From an uncultured Oscillibacter sp. (GTDB taxonomy: Bacteria; Bacillota; Clostridia; Oscillospirales; Oscillospiraceae): DNA of 64,000 bases. Shown here piece by piece: positions 27,326-38,135 of the stretch (its first letter is position 1; every line of letters starts with the position of its first letter). Made by a program: the position numbers and the translations under genes. The notes beneath the pieces are model-generated. The model made no database searches, was not told the origin of the DNA, and worked only from the letters and a program-made list of their open reading frames with translations. Where the stretch lies: the NCBI GenBank assembly GCA_910587705.1, contig CAJUMX010000010.1:53130-117129 (forward strand). The letters run 5' to 3'.

Positions 27326-28648
27326 ATGACATGGGACAACATCAAACAGGACCTGCGGTCCCGGTGGGGCCTGACCCTGCTATACGCCCGGGCCCTGGGG
27401 AAGTGGCTGCTGCTGGCCACGGCGGCGGGGACCTCCTGCGGTTTGGTGGGCACGGCCTTCCACATGGCCGTGGAAGCTGTGACGGAGCTCCGGGGGGAAT
27501 TTTCCTGGCTGCTGTATCTTCTGCCCCTGGCGGGCCTTGCCATTGTGGGGCTTTACAAGCTCCTGGGCACCGAGGGCCAGGGCACCAACGACATCTTCGA
27601 TCAGGTGCGCCTGGGGGGCCGCATCTCCCTGCTGCTGGTCCCGGCCATCTTTTTGGGCACGGTGATTACCCACCTCTGCGGCGGCTCCGCCGGGCGGGAG
27701 GGGGCGGCTCTTCAAATGGGGGGCGCTCTGGGCTATCGGGTGGGGCGGCTCTTCGGCTTTGACGAGCGGGACCTGCGCATTGCCACCACCACGGGCATGG
27801 CGGCCTTCTTCACCGCCCTTTTCGGCACGCCTCTGGCGGCGGCGGTGTTCTCCATCGCCGTGGTCAGCGTGGATTCCTTCTACCACGCCGCCTTCTTCCC
27901 CTCCCTCATCGGGGCTCTGGAGGCCTATGGCATCTCCCGGCTGCTGGGGGTGGTCCCCACTTCCTTCGCCGTGGAGGCCCCGGCCCTCTCTACGGCTCTG
28001 CTGATTCGGGCGGGGGCGCTGGCGGGGCTGTGCGGGATGCTGTCCGTGGTGTTCTGCGGCGCCATCCGCCTGACGGAGCACCAGCTTCAACGGCGGATTC
28101 CCAATCCCTGGCTCCGGGCGTTTACCGGGGGCTGCGTCGTGATTCTCCTCACCTGGCTCTGCGGGACCACAGACTACAACGGCGCGGGGATGGCGGTCAT
28201 CGCCGCCGCCGTGGAGGAGGGGTCCGTCCGGCCCGCCGCCTTCGTTTTGAAGATTCTGTTCACCGCCGTCACCCTGGGAGCGGGGTTCAAGGGCGGGGAG
28301 GTGGTGCCCTCCTTCTTCGTGGGGGCGGCCTTCGGCTGTGCCGTGGGGCCGCTGCTGGGGCTTCCGGCGGGCTTTGCCGCCGCGCTGGGCCTTGCGTCCG
28401 TGTTCTGCGGGGCCACCAACTGCCCCCTGGCCGCCATCGCCCTGGCCATCGAGCTGTTTGGCAGCGGGGGACTGCTGTATTTCGCCCTGGCCTGCTGCGT
28501 CAGCTACGTCCTCTCCGGCTACGGAGGGCTGTACTCCAGCCAGACCATTCTCCACTCCAAGCTCAAGGGCCGGTATATCAACGTACATGCCAACGCCCAG
28601 GCCGTGGAGCGCACCGCCGCGGCCCAGGAGCCCGCGTCGATCACGTGA
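27326..28648 (+). CDS. ClC-family anion channel/antiporter
   Basis: GGSAGREGAALQMG, LFGTPL, GFKGGEVVP; promoter TTGCAT-17-TATACT upstream. Confidence 0.92.
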   Translation: MTWDNIKQDLRSRWGLTLLYARALGKWLLLATAAGTSCGLVGTAFHMAVEAVTELRGEFSWLLYLLPLAGLAIVGLYKLLGTEGQGTNDIFDQVRLGGRISLLLVPAIFLGTVITHLCGGSAGREGAALQMGGALGYRVGRLFGFDERDLRIATTTGMAAFFTALFGTPLAAAVFSIAVVSVDSFYHAAFFPSLIGALEAYGISRLLGVVPTSFAVEAPALSTALLIRAGALAGLCGMLSVVFCGAIRLTEHQLQRRIPNPWLRAFTGGCVVILLTWLCGTTDYNGAGMAVIAAAVEEGSVRPAAFVLKILFTAVTLGAGFKGGEVVPSFFVGAAFGCAVGPLLGLPAGFAAALGLASVFCGATNCPLAAIALAIELFGSGGLLYFALACCVSYVLSGYGGLYSSQTILHSKLKGRYINVHANAQAVERTAAAQEPASIT

Positions 28649-28715
28649 TTCACATAAAACGCGCCTCCCGCGGCATACTGTCATCAACTGACATTTGCCA
28701 CGGGAGGCGTTTTGT

Positions 28716-29432
28716 ATGCAGCTTTTGCAAGATATCGGCATGACCGTCCTGACCACTCTGCTGTCCATCTTGGCCCTGTTCCTCCTTACCAAGCTGATGG
28801 GGGCCAAGCAGGTGTCCCAAATGACCATGTTTGACTATGTGGTGGGCATCACCATCGGCTCCGCCGCCGCCGAGCTGGCCACCGAATTGGAGGAGCCCCA
28901 CAAGCCCCTCGCCGCCCTGATTGTCTATGGGCTGGTGGCGGTGAGCATTTCCGTCCTCTGCTGCAAGTCCCTGAAAATCCGCGCCGCCGTCACGGGGCGG
29001 CCTGTGGTGCTGCTGGAGGACGGGGTGATCTATCGGGAGAACCTGAAAAAGGCCAAGCTGGACTTGAACGAGTTTCTCACCTACTGCCGGATTGGGGGCT
29101 GGTTTGACCTAAGCCAGCTCCAAACCGCCGTCTTTGAGCACAACGGCACCGTCAGCTTCCTGCCCAAGGAGGCGGACCGCCCCGCCACCCCGGCGGATTT
29201 GAACAAGAATCCCGCCCAGTCCCAGGTCCAGACCCCCTTTGTCATGGACGGGAAGCTGCTTTCCGGCAACCTCCGCCAGGCGGGGAAGGAGGACGAGTGG
29301 GTCCGCCGAGCCCTCCTCCGCCAGGGCTACCGGAACGAGGGGGAGGTCTTTCTGGCCCTCTGGGGCGGGGGAGAGGATTTGACGGTGTTTCCCATGGAGC
29401 CCGACCGCAGGGCCGGTGGGACGCGGCCGTAG
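28716..29432 (+). CDS. DUF421/YetF-family membrane protein
   Basis: MGAKQVSQMTMFDYVVGITIGS, AVFEHNGTVSFLPK. Confidence 0.88.
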   Translation: MQLLQDIGMTVLTTLLSILALFLLTKLMGAKQVSQMTMFDYVVGITIGSAAAELATELEEPHKPLAALIVYGLVAVSISVLCCKSLKIRAAVTGRPVVLLEDGVIYRENLKKAKLDLNEFLTYCRIGGWFDLSQLQTAVFEHNGTVSFLPKEADRPATPADLNKNPAQSQVQTPFVMDGKLLSGNLRQAGKEDEWVRRALLRQGYRNEGEVFLALWGGGEDLTVFPMEPDRRAGGTRP

Positions 29433-29468
29433 AGGCGGGTTCGCCGCATTTCGCCGGGAAACGTACCC

Positions 29469-29587
29469 GTAGGGGCGGACCTATGCCGCCTGGGGAGAAA
29501 CGGGGAACGGGCCGCCCAGGGGGGCGGCCCCTACGGCATCTTCTATCGGAAGAACACCCGTAGGGGCCGCCGCCTTCGGCGGCCCGT
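29469..29587. repeat. Cluster of three GTAG-type REPs between convergent genes
   Basis: GTAGGGGCGGACC.., ..GGGCGGCCCCTAC, GTAGGGGCCGCCGCCTTCGGCGGCCCG with TCTATCGGAAGA spacer. Confidence 0.8.
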
Positions 29588-29601
29588 TCTCCTGTCTACC
29601 C

Positions 29602-30258
29602 TCAATGGGCCAAGATAAATTCCTCCAGCTCCTCCGGGGTTTTCACCACGGCCACCGCCCCGGCTTCCTCCAGCTCTCCCGGCGGGGCATAGCCGAAGAA
29701 CTCCACCCCGGCGCAGTCCACGCCGCAGGCCCGGGCCCCCAGCACGTCGAATTTCCGGTCCCCCACCATCAGCACCTGGGGGAGGTCCCGCTCCGTCAGC
29801 CCCAGCTGCCGCATGGCCTCCCGGACCACGTCCTCCTTTTTCCAGTCCCCGTGGGGCGGGCTTCCCACCAGGGCGGAGAGGTGGGGCGTGAAGCCGAACC
29901 GGGCGCAGATGGAAACGCACAGGTTCTCCGGCTTGGAGGAGGCCAGGGCCAGCACATAGCCCCGCTGCTTCAAGCGGCCCATGACGGCCTCCATGCCCGG
30001 GGCCGCCTGGTTTTCATATTGGCCCACAGGCTCGTAAACCAGGCGGAAGCGCTCCACCGCCTCCGCCGCCTTCTCCGGGCTGTAGCCGCAAAAGCGCATA
30101 AAGGAATCCTGAAGGGGCGGGCCGATGAAGCGGAGCAGGGTCTCCTCCTCCGGCACCGGGTCGCCGTAGCCCAGGATGGTCTCCCGGACGCAGTGGACAA
30201 TGCCCTCCCGGGAGTCCGTCAGGGTCCCGTCCAGGTCAAAGAGCAGATAACGGTACAT
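29602..30258 (-). CDS. HAD-family hydrolase (phosphoglycolate phosphatase-like)
   Basis: FDLDGTLTDS, SSKP, MVGDRKFD. Confidence 0.92.
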   Translation of the reverse strand: MYRYLLFDLDGTLTDSREGIVHCVRETILGYGDPVPEEETLLRFIGPPLQDSFMRFCGYSPEKAAEAVERFRLVYEPVGQYENQAAPGMEAVMGRLKQRGYVLALASSKPENLCVSICARFGFTPHLSALVGSPPHGDWKKEDVVREAMRQLGLTERDLPQVLMVGDRKFDVLGARACGVDCAGVEFFGYAPPGELEEAGAVAVVKTPEELEEFILAH

Positions 30259-30259
30259 A

Positions 30260-31018
30260 TCACGCCTCCTCGCAGTATTGGGGAACCACCACGCCCCGGG
30301 CGGTTCCGTCCACCTCCAGGGCCGGGCCCTCCAGCCGATGGATTTCCCCCTCGTCCCACAGGGACAGGAAGTCCTCCACCCCCGCTACATTGGGCAGGCC
30401 GTAGGGGGCGTGGCGGTAGTGCATGGGAACGGCGCATTTGGGGCGAAGGGCCCCGCAGACGGCCTTGGCCCCCGCCGCGTCCACGGTGTAGGTGCCCCCC
30501 ACGGGAATCAAAACCACATCCAGGGGGCCGACGGCGGCAAGCTGCTCCGGCGAGAGCGGGTGCCCCAGATCCCCCAGGTGGGCGATGGTCACCCCGTCCG
30601 CCGAGAGAATATGGATGGTGTTGGGCCCCCGGAGGGCCCCGCCCTGATCATCGTGGAAGGTCTCCACGGTGCGGATGGTGAAGGGACAGGGACCGTCGAA
30701 GGGGACCACCTCCGCCTCCTCCACGGCGTTGTGGTCAAAGTGGCCGTGGCTGCAAAGAATCTTGTGGACCTGGAGCTTCGGCTCCGCCGGGGGAGCGGCT
30801 TCGCCGTCCACAAAGACCCGCGTTTTCACCGCCAGGGTATAAAAGCCCTGTTCCTTCCGGCGGGCACGCTCTTCCCAGACGTTGTCCCAGAGGGCGGTCC
30901 GGCGGGCCGTCTCCGCCAGGGAGGGGTAGCCCTCCACGCCGGTGTAAGGGTCCAGCAAAATTCGATAGCCGCCCTGCTCCACCAGAAAACAGGCGTGGCC
31001 CAGCCAGGTGAGTTTCAT
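30260..31018 (-). CDS. MBL-fold metallo-hydrolase
   Basis: WLGHACF, SHGHFDH, HLGDLGH, PVGG, PMHY. Confidence 0.9.
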   Translation of the reverse strand: MKLTWLGHACFLVEQGGYRILLDPYTGVEGYPSLAETARRTALWDNVWEERARRKEQGFYTLAVKTRVFVDGEAAPPAEPKLQVHKILCSHGHFDHNAVEEAEVVPFDGPCPFTIRTVETFHDDQGGALRGPNTIHILSADGVTIAHLGDLGHPLSPEQLAAVGPLDVVLIPVGGTYTVDAAGAKAVCGALRPKCAVPMHYRHAPYGLPNVAGVEDFLSLWDEGEIHRLEGPALEVDGTARGVVVPQYCEEA

Positions 31019-31089
31019 ATCATGATCCTCCTTGCGCGTATTTCAAAAAACGGGGGCGGACCTCCGTCCGCCCCCTTACTATAGCAGAT

Positions 31090-32127
31090 TTACGGCTGTT
31101 TGTCATCCGGGTTTTTCGGCCCGTCCTTCTTCCGCTTGAAGAAGCCGCCCGCCTTCTGCTCCCGGGCCTGGCGGAAGGTCTCCGCCCGCCGGACCTGAGC
31201 CCGCTTGGAGAGCTTCACCACCACCAGGAGAACCAGCCCCAGGAACAAGAGCCAAATCCAGTTGTAGGCCAGGAAGATGGCCAGCCCCTGGAGGAAGTCC
31301 CCAAAGCTCCGGAGCCCGTCCGTGAAGGCGTTCCCCAGGCGGCTTCCAAAGGTGGGCGGGGCCTCCTCCACCGTGGTGAGGCGCAGCACCTCCCGGAGAC
31401 GGACGTCGATGGTGGCGAAATCCACCAGGGAGTCATAGTGCCGCAGGGACCCGGTGAGCTGCTCGATCTGATATTCCGTCTCGCTGATGGCGTTTTCCAG
31501 GTCGATGATGTCCTCCATCGTTTCCGCCTTGGAAAGCAGCGTCTGGAGTCGCTCCATCTTGGTCTTTTGGGTTTCCAGGCGGCTCTCCGTGTCGTAGTAC
31601 CGCTCGCTGATGTTCTCGGCGTTCTGGTCCTGGCTGGTGACGTGGCTGATTTCCCCCACGGTCCTCAAAAAGCCCCGGAATTCCTTGGCGGGAACCCGGA
31701 CGGTGTAGCTGGCGCTCCGGCTGCCGTCGCCATGGCTGTCGGAGGAGGCGTATTCCAGATAGCCCCCCAGCCTGTCCACCAGCTCCTCCAGGGCGGCGGT
31801 ACAGGCGTCGTAGTCCTGGGTCTCCGCCTGGATGCTGGCGGTGTAGACCATCTTGGCGTTGGCTAAGCGGTCCTCCTGCGTTCCGCCCTCATCGGGGGCC
31901 GCCTCCGGCTCGGCGGGAGAGCCCCCTGCGGCGTCGGCGGGGGCGTCAAAGCCGAATTCCATATCCGCGGCCTTCCACTCGTCCCCGCTGTCGTCATAGG
32001 CCGTCTGGCTCTCGCTGGCGGAGGGGGCGGAATCCGTTCCCCCGCTGTAGCCGCCGCCTCCTCCGCAGGCGGTGAGGGTCAGGGCCGTCAGCAAGGCGGC
32101 CAGAAACAGGGCAAGTCCTCTCTTCAT
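31090..32127 (-). CDS. DUF4349-family lipoprotein
   Basis: Lipobox LTAC; VRVPA...ENISERYYD...IEQLTG; C-terminal TM. Confidence 0.85.
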   Translation of the reverse strand: MKRGLALFLAALLTALTLTACGGGGGYSGGTDSAPSASESQTAYDDSGDEWKAADMEFGFDAPADAAGGSPAEPEAAPDEGGTQEDRLANAKMVYTASIQAETQDYDACTAALEELVDRLGGYLEYASSDSHGDGSRSASYTVRVPAKEFRGFLRTVGEISHVTSQDQNAENISERYYDTESRLETQKTKMERLQTLLSKAETMEDIIDLENAISETEYQIEQLTGSLRHYDSLVDFATIDVRLREVLRLTTVEEAPPTFGSRLGNAFTDGLRSFGDFLQGLAIFLAYNWIWLLFLGLVLLVVVKLSKRAQVRRAETFRQAREQKAGGFFKRKKDGPKNPDDKQP

Positions 32128-32178
32128 CCGTATATCCTCCTTTTCCGCCCCGTATTCCAAGCGGGGCCTTTGTTTATA

Positions 32179-32207
32179 TAGACGATGTTTTCAGGGAAAA
32201 GGTTGCA
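32179..32207 (-). promoter_or_regulatory. ECF-sigma-type promoter
   Basis: TGCAAC-17-CGTCTA. Confidence 0.6.
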
Positions 32208-32268
32208 GGGTCCTCCCATTTCTAACTACGAAAACAGGGCCCCGTCTCCGGGGCCCTGGATACGCCGA

Positions 32269-33225
32269 TTACGCCACCGCCGAGAAGGGGGTGCGCTTCT
32301 GGTTTTCCTGATTCTGCCGGGCCAGGTCCTGCTGCTGGGCGGCGTTGTCCGTGTCCGCCTTGGTGACGGTGTGGGTGGTGCCGCCGGAGACAAAGGACTT
32401 GCCGCACTCCGGGCAGATTTCCGTGTGCATGGTCACGTTCTGGCTGACCACCTTCCGGCCCTCCCGGTCGGCCTTGGCCTGCTCCCGGTAGACGTGCTCC
32501 ATCTCGTGGCCCCGGACGGCGGAGGCCGCCTGCTCCGGCTTGATGTTGGTGGGGGTCTGGAAGGACACGCCCATGTCGTCGGACCCGTCCTGGTACTTCC
32601 GGCTCTCGCAGGTCTCGCACTCGCCCGCTTCCAGGGCCTCCTGGGCGCTCTCCGCTCCCTGGGCGGTCTTGCCGTCCAGGGTCTTTTCGGTCTCCTGCCC
32701 GGGGATGGCGGCGGACTTCGCCTTGTCCTCCTGCCCCGGCAGGCCGGGAAGCGCCGTTTCATCCGCCTTGGGCGCGCCGTTTTGCAGCGCGTTCTCCGCG
32801 CCCTTCAGATCGTTTTGCTCCAGGGCGCTTTCCGCCTGGAAGAGCTGCCCCTCCAGCGTGTTCTTTCGGGAGCCGTCCACGGGGGAGAGGCCCTCCTTCC
32901 CGGTTTCCACGAAGAGCCCGTCGGGCTGCACCTCGCCATACCGGGTCCGCATCCGCCCGGCCATGGCCGCCGGGTCGTTTTCCAGCCGGCTCGTCAGCTC
33001 CGGCAAGGACGCCTCGTCCCGGGAGATGGGGCGGGCGGCCTGGACCGGCTGCACCGGCGTTTCCAGGGAGGGAGTTTTCCGGGCGGCCCACACCTGGCCC
33101 TGGCGACCCTCCTGGGCCTGCTGGGCGCTGCGGGCATTTCGAATATTCTCCGACAGCCGGGACTGGTAAAACGCTCCGACGGAGCCCATGCCAAAGCCCC
33201 CGACGCCTGAAATTCCACCGACCAT
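32269..33225 (-). CDS. Hypothetical protein with SprA-related-like C-terminal domain
   Basis: CETC..RKYQDGSDD, VRGHEMEHV (HExxH), CPECGKSFVSGG; GAGGTG RBS. Confidence 0.7.
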   Translation of the reverse strand: MVGGISGVGGFGMGSVGAFYQSRLSENIRNARSAQQAQEGRQGQVWAARKTPSLETPVQPVQAARPISRDEASLPELTSRLENDPAAMAGRMRTRYGEVQPDGLFVETGKEGLSPVDGSRKNTLEGQLFQAESALEQNDLKGAENALQNGAPKADETALPGLPGQEDKAKSAAIPGQETEKTLDGKTAQGAESAQEALEAGECETCESRKYQDGSDDMGVSFQTPTNIKPEQAASAVRGHEMEHVYREQAKADREGRKVVSQNVTMHTEICPECGKSFVSGGTTHTVTKADTDNAAQQQDLARQNQENQKRTPFSAVA

Positions 33226-33369
33226 AGAATCACCTCATATCGATATTGCCTTACGGCGAAACTCTAACGACTACAGTATACCATATTCTGCCCAAAGCGC
33301 AAGCCCCTTTTTCGGCGTGACCAAGGAAAGCGGGCCGCCGGAGGATTCCCCCGGCGGCCCGTCCGCTGC

Positions 33370-34392
33370 TCAATATCCAAAGATCATATCCCGGCGAATC
33401 TCCGCCAGGGAGTGGGCCCCGCACATGGCCATGGCGTCGGCCAGCTCGGCTTTCAGCTTGTCCACGTAGACTTGGACCCCCTCGGCCCCGCCGCCGTAGA
33501 CCATGTTCACAAAGGGACGGCCGATGAGCACCGCGTCCGCCCCCAGGGCCAGGGCCTTGAACACGTCCAGACCGGAGCGGATGCCGCCATCCACCAGAAT
33601 GGTCATCCGCCCGCCCACGGCGTCCGCGATGGCGGGCAGGACCTCCGCCGTGGCGGGGCACTGGTCCAGCACCCGGCCGCCGTGGTTGGAGACCACGATG
33701 CCGCTGGCCCCGGCCTCCAGGGCCTTCTCCGCCCCCCGGACGGTCATGATGCCCTTGAGGATGAAGGGGGCGCCCTCCATCAGCTTCACGATGTTCCGCA
33801 GCTCCTCCACGGTTTTGCTGCCCGCCGGGGGCTGGAGGTTTTTCAGGAAGGGCAGGCCCGCCGCGTCGATGTCCATGGCGATGGCGAAGGGCTTCGCCGC
33901 CTGCACCAGGGCCAGCTTCTCCCGGATGGTCTCGATATTCCAGGGCTTGATGGTGGGCACGCCCCGGCCGCTTTGCTTTTTCAGGGCCTCGGCGGCGGCC
34001 TCCATGACGGCGGGGTTGGTGCCGTCGCCGGTGAAGGCGGCAATGCCCGCCTGGGCGCAGGCGGCCACCAGCAGGTCGTTATAGGCCAGGTCGTCGTACT
34101 TGTCCCCGTAGTGGAGCTGCATAGCCCCCACCGGGGCGGCAAAGACGGGGAGGTCCAGCTTCTGCCCGAAGAGGGTGAGGGAGGTGTCTGCGGGCTTGTT
34201 TTCGCAGATGGTGTCCATGTTGACGCAGAGCTCCTGCCACTTCTGATAGTTGCGGATGAAGCCAGTGCCAATGCCCTTGGCCCCGGGGCCGGGAATGGTG
34301 TTGCGGCAGCCCAGGCCGTTGCAGGTGGGGCAGGACTTGCAGTGGGGGCCCATACAGGTACGGGCGTTTTCCAGAACTTCCTGATAGGTCAT
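33370..34392 (-). CDS. FMN-dependent alpha-hydroxy-acid oxidase/dehydrogenase
   Basis: ILKGIM, VSNHGGRVLD, DGGIRSGLDVFKALALGA; N-terminal Cys cluster. Confidence 0.92.
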   Translation of the reverse strand: MTYQEVLENARTCMGPHCKSCPTCNGLGCRNTIPGPGAKGIGTGFIRNYQKWQELCVNMDTICENKPADTSLTLFGQKLDLPVFAAPVGAMQLHYGDKYDDLAYNDLLVAACAQAGIAAFTGDGTNPAVMEAAAEALKKQSGRGVPTIKPWNIETIREKLALVQAAKPFAIAMDIDAAGLPFLKNLQPPAGSKTVEELRNIVKLMEGAPFILKGIMTVRGAEKALEAGASGIVVSNHGGRVLDQCPATAEVLPAIADAVGGRMTILVDGGIRSGLDVFKALALGADAVLIGRPFVNMVYGGGAEGVQVYVDKLKAELADAMAMCGAHSLAEIRRDMIFGY

Positions 34393-34515
34393 GTCGGGTT
34401 CCTCCCAATATGTATCAAAGTTTTCAGGTCTCACGATCCAGTCAATTGTACAGGAAACGGAGGAAAAAGGCAAGAGCATTCGACACGGAAAGCCCGCCCG
34501 AATGCTCTCGTCTGA

Positions 34516-35796
<1,281 letters not shown>

Positions 35797-35814
35797 AAAG
35801 GTCTCCTTAAGGTT

Positions 35815-36101
35815 CCCCCCCCTTTGGGGGGGCTGGTACTCGCCCTTGCGGGCGGGGGAGAGTTCAGCCATGAAGATGGCTGGTTCTTTGCACCCCCCAT
35901 TTTCTCGTTTTCTTCCAGAAGAAAACGAGAAAACGGGCCGTGCACGGTCCAAAAGAGAAAAAGAAGTATACGGGGAAGCGACGGGGGCGCGGCTGAATGA
36001 ACGGCGGAGCCGGAATGACTTCCCACGCGCAATTGGGTTGAGCGGGGGTTTGTTCTTCACCGAATGGATCAGCTCCTCTTTTCGCTGCCGCTACCCTGGT
36101 G
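35815..36101 (+). repeat. Repeat family A copy 3 (left arm of cassette 3)
   Basis: Same core as copy 1 but without the REP module; inverted match to 36665-36952. Confidence 0.92.
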
Positions 36102-36306
36102 GTAACGGCTCCCGGCCCGCTAGCTGGTCCAGGGTGACGCCGTAATAGTCGGCAAGGACGCACAGCTTACTCAGGTTCGGTTCCCGCTCTCCACTTTCAT
36201 AGCGGCGGTAAGACATCGAGGACATGCCGCATTGAACCGCCACGACTTCCTGGCTCCTCTGAAGCCGCTTTCGACAAATTTTTAAATTCTCGGAAAACGA
36301 GCTCAT
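36091..36306 (-). CDS. XRE-family HTH regulator (cassette 3)
   Basis: FSENLKICR...YRRYESGEREP...LADYYGVTLDQLAGR; TAG stop lies within the repeat's GGTAG end. Confidence 0.9.
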   Translation of the reverse strand: MSSFSENLKICRKRLQRSQEVVAVQCGMSSMSYRRYESGEREPNLSKLCVLADYYGVTLDQLAGREPLPPG

Positions 36307-36322
36307 AAATCCCCCACTCCTC

Positions 36323-36351
36323 TTGACAAATGAGGTCTCGACCGTTATACT
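36323..36351 (+). promoter_or_regulatory. Promoter of cassette-3 small gene
   Basis: TTGACA-17-TATACT. Confidence 0.75.
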
Positions 36352-36405
36352 TATAACGTACCGTTCGGAACATAATGTTTAGTACTATTCCGAGGAGATG
36401 ATTTT

Positions 36406-36660
36406 ATGACGGACCTTATCAATCATCTATACTTTTACTCCGAAGATCATTGTATTCCCCAAAGCTTGGAAACCCCGGAGTACCGAAAGACCGTCCACGG
36501 CTTAGAGCAAGACTGGGCAAGATTCCGCTCCACCCTGACGGCAGAGCAGAACCGGCGGCTGGAGGACCTGCTGTCCCGTCAGTTCACCGTCAAGCTCACA
36601 GAGGAGCAAGCGGTATTCCGCTCCGGCCTGTCCATAGGGGTAACACTCGGCCGCCTGTAA
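36406..36660 (+). CDS. Small DUF6809-like protein (cassette 3)
   Basis: GAGGAG RBS; MTDLINHLY...LTAEQ...EEQAVFRSGLSIG. Confidence 0.75.
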   Translation: MTDLINHLYFYSEDHCIPQSLETPEYRKTVHGLEQDWARFRSTLTAEQNRRLEDLLSRQFTVKLTEEQAVFRSGLSIGVTLGRL

Positions 36661-36664
36661 AAAC

Positions 36665-36952
36665 CCAGGTAGCGCCAGCGGAAAGAGGAGCTTGTCCATT
36701 CGTCACGGGACAAACCCCCGCTCAACCCAATTGCGCGTGGGAAGTCATTCCGGCTCCGCCGATCATTCAGCCGCGCCCCGTCGTTTCCCCGTATACTTCT
36801 TTTTCTCTTTTGGACCGTGCACGGCCCGTTTTCTCGTTTTCTTCTGGAAGAAAAAGAGAAAATGGGGGGTGCAAAGGACCAGCCATCTTCATGGCTGAAA
36901 TCCCCCCCGCCCGAAGGGCCGGAAAAACCCCCACCCCCTGGGAAGGGGGGGG
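36665..36952 (-). repeat. Repeat family A copy 4 (right arm of cassette 3)
   Basis: Reverse complement of copy 3; no REP module. Confidence 0.92.
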
Positions 36953-36995
36953 AGAAAAAGGACCCGGACAGGATGTCCAGGCCCTTCTAAAACGC

Positions 36996-37277
36996 TCACT
37001 CAGCCTCGTAGACAGAGACCTGCTTGCGATCCTTGCCCAGCCGCTCGAAGCGGACCGTGCCGCTGGCGGTGGCAAACAGCGTGTCGTCGCTGCCGCGGCC
37101 CACGTTCACGCCGGGGTGAATGTGGGTGCCGCGCTGGCGCACCAGAATGTTGCCCGCCAGGACAAACTGCCCGTCCGCCCGCTTGGGACCCAGGCGCTTG
37201 GCCTTGGAGTCGCGGCCGTTCTTGGTGGAGCCGCCGCCCTTCTTGTGGGCGAAGAACTGTAAACCAATCCGAATCAT
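36996..37277 (-). CDS. rpmA: 50S ribosomal protein L27 with cleavable N-terminal extension
   Basis: [24 protein letters not shown]. Confidence 0.97.
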   Translation of the reverse strand: MIRIGLQFFAHKKGGGSTKNGRDSKAKRLGPKRADGQFVLAGNILVRQRGTHIHPGVNVGRGSDDTLFATASGTVRFERLGKDRKQVSVYEAE

Positions 37278-37315
37278 GTCAGGGACCATCCTTTCTTAAA
37301 GAGTTTCCAGAGGCG

Positions 37316-37648
37316 TCAGTCCGCCTCTAAGACTTCGATATTTTCCGGGTACTCGTCGTGGAGCATGGTGAAATAGACCATCAGCCCTGTCAGAAGGGTC
37401 TGGCAGGTGCTCTCCGCCGTGGGGCCCAGGCCCCCGGGAAGGCGCAGGGAAATCAGCGCCTTCTCCTCGTCAATTCGCACCGCGGCGGCAAGGCCCAACA
37501 CGTCGTTGACGGTGGCCTCCACCAAGGTGACGGCGGCGGTGATGGACGCGCAGAGGAGGTCCTCCCCCGCCTCGGCCCAGCCGCTGTGGCCCTTGGCCTC
37601 AAAGCCGGTAATCCGGCCCGCTTCCGTGTGGAAGGTGACGCTGGTCAT
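37316..37648 (-). CDS. prp: Ribosomal-processing cysteine protease Prp (YsxB)
   Basis: GHSG...GEDLLCASIT; lies between rplU and rpmA. Confidence 0.9.
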   Translation of the reverse strand: MTSVTFHTEAGRITGFEAKGHSGWAEAGEDLLCASITAAVTLVEATVNDVLGLAAAVRIDEEKALISLRLPGGLGPTAESTCQTLLTGLMVYFTMLHDEYPENIEVLEAD

Positions 37649-37650
37649 GC

Positions 37651-37962
37651 TCAGACGGAGATCTTGCCGATCTCGACCTTGGTATAGGGCTGGCGATGGC
37701 CCTGACGCTTGCGGTAGCCCTTCTTGGGATTGTACTTGAAGATGCGGATTTTCTTGCCCTTGCCGTTTTTCACGACCGTGGCTTCCACAGAAGCGCCGGC
37801 CACGGTGGGAGCGCCGAAGGTGGCCTTGTCCCCGTCGATGACGGCCAGGACCTGGTCGAACTTCACGGCGTCGCCGGCCTCCTGGGGCAGCTTTTCGATG
37901 TAGACCACGTCGCCCTCGGCCACCTTGTACTGCTTTCCGCCGGTCACGATGATTGCGTTCAT
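37651..37962 (-). CDS. rplU: 50S ribosomal protein L21
   Basis: [24 protein letters not shown]. Confidence 0.98.
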   Translation of the reverse strand: MNAIIVTGGKQYKVAEGDVVYIEKLPQEAGDAVKFDQVLAVIDGDKATFGAPTVAGASVEATVVKNGKGKKIRIFKYNPKKGYRKRQGHRQPYTKVEIGKISV

Positions 37963-37979
37963 GCTTGTTTCAACTCCTT

Positions 37980-38077
37980 CATATCGGGCTCGCTGTCGGG
38001 GGCGGCGTCTGCACGCACTTATTCAGGCCCATTCAAAGCGGCTTCCCTAGTATATCAGCAGAATTTGGGCTTGTCAA
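37980..38077 (-). promoter_or_regulatory. rplU promoter and probable L21 leader
   Basis: TTGACA-17-TATACT (38077-38049), then structured leader closed by GGGCCT..GAGCCC. Confidence 0.55.
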
Positions 38078-38135
38078 TGGGGTTTGGCGATTTTTTGGAA
38101 AACCGGGGGGATTCGGAATCTGATCGTGCGCCCTC

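Noticed and set aside
33236..33270. Sigma-28 promoter before the SprA-related gene
   Set aside because: Spacing between the TAGA and ATCGATAT boxes is too long; a sigma-A-like promoter lies just upstream.
35797..36060. N-terminal extensions of ObgE, the sigma-54 activator (18600), AGCS (43995) and MiaA (2350) in the ORF track
   Set aside because: They run through repeats, the riboswitch or neighbouring genes; downstream starts match the family N-termini and most have good RBSs.
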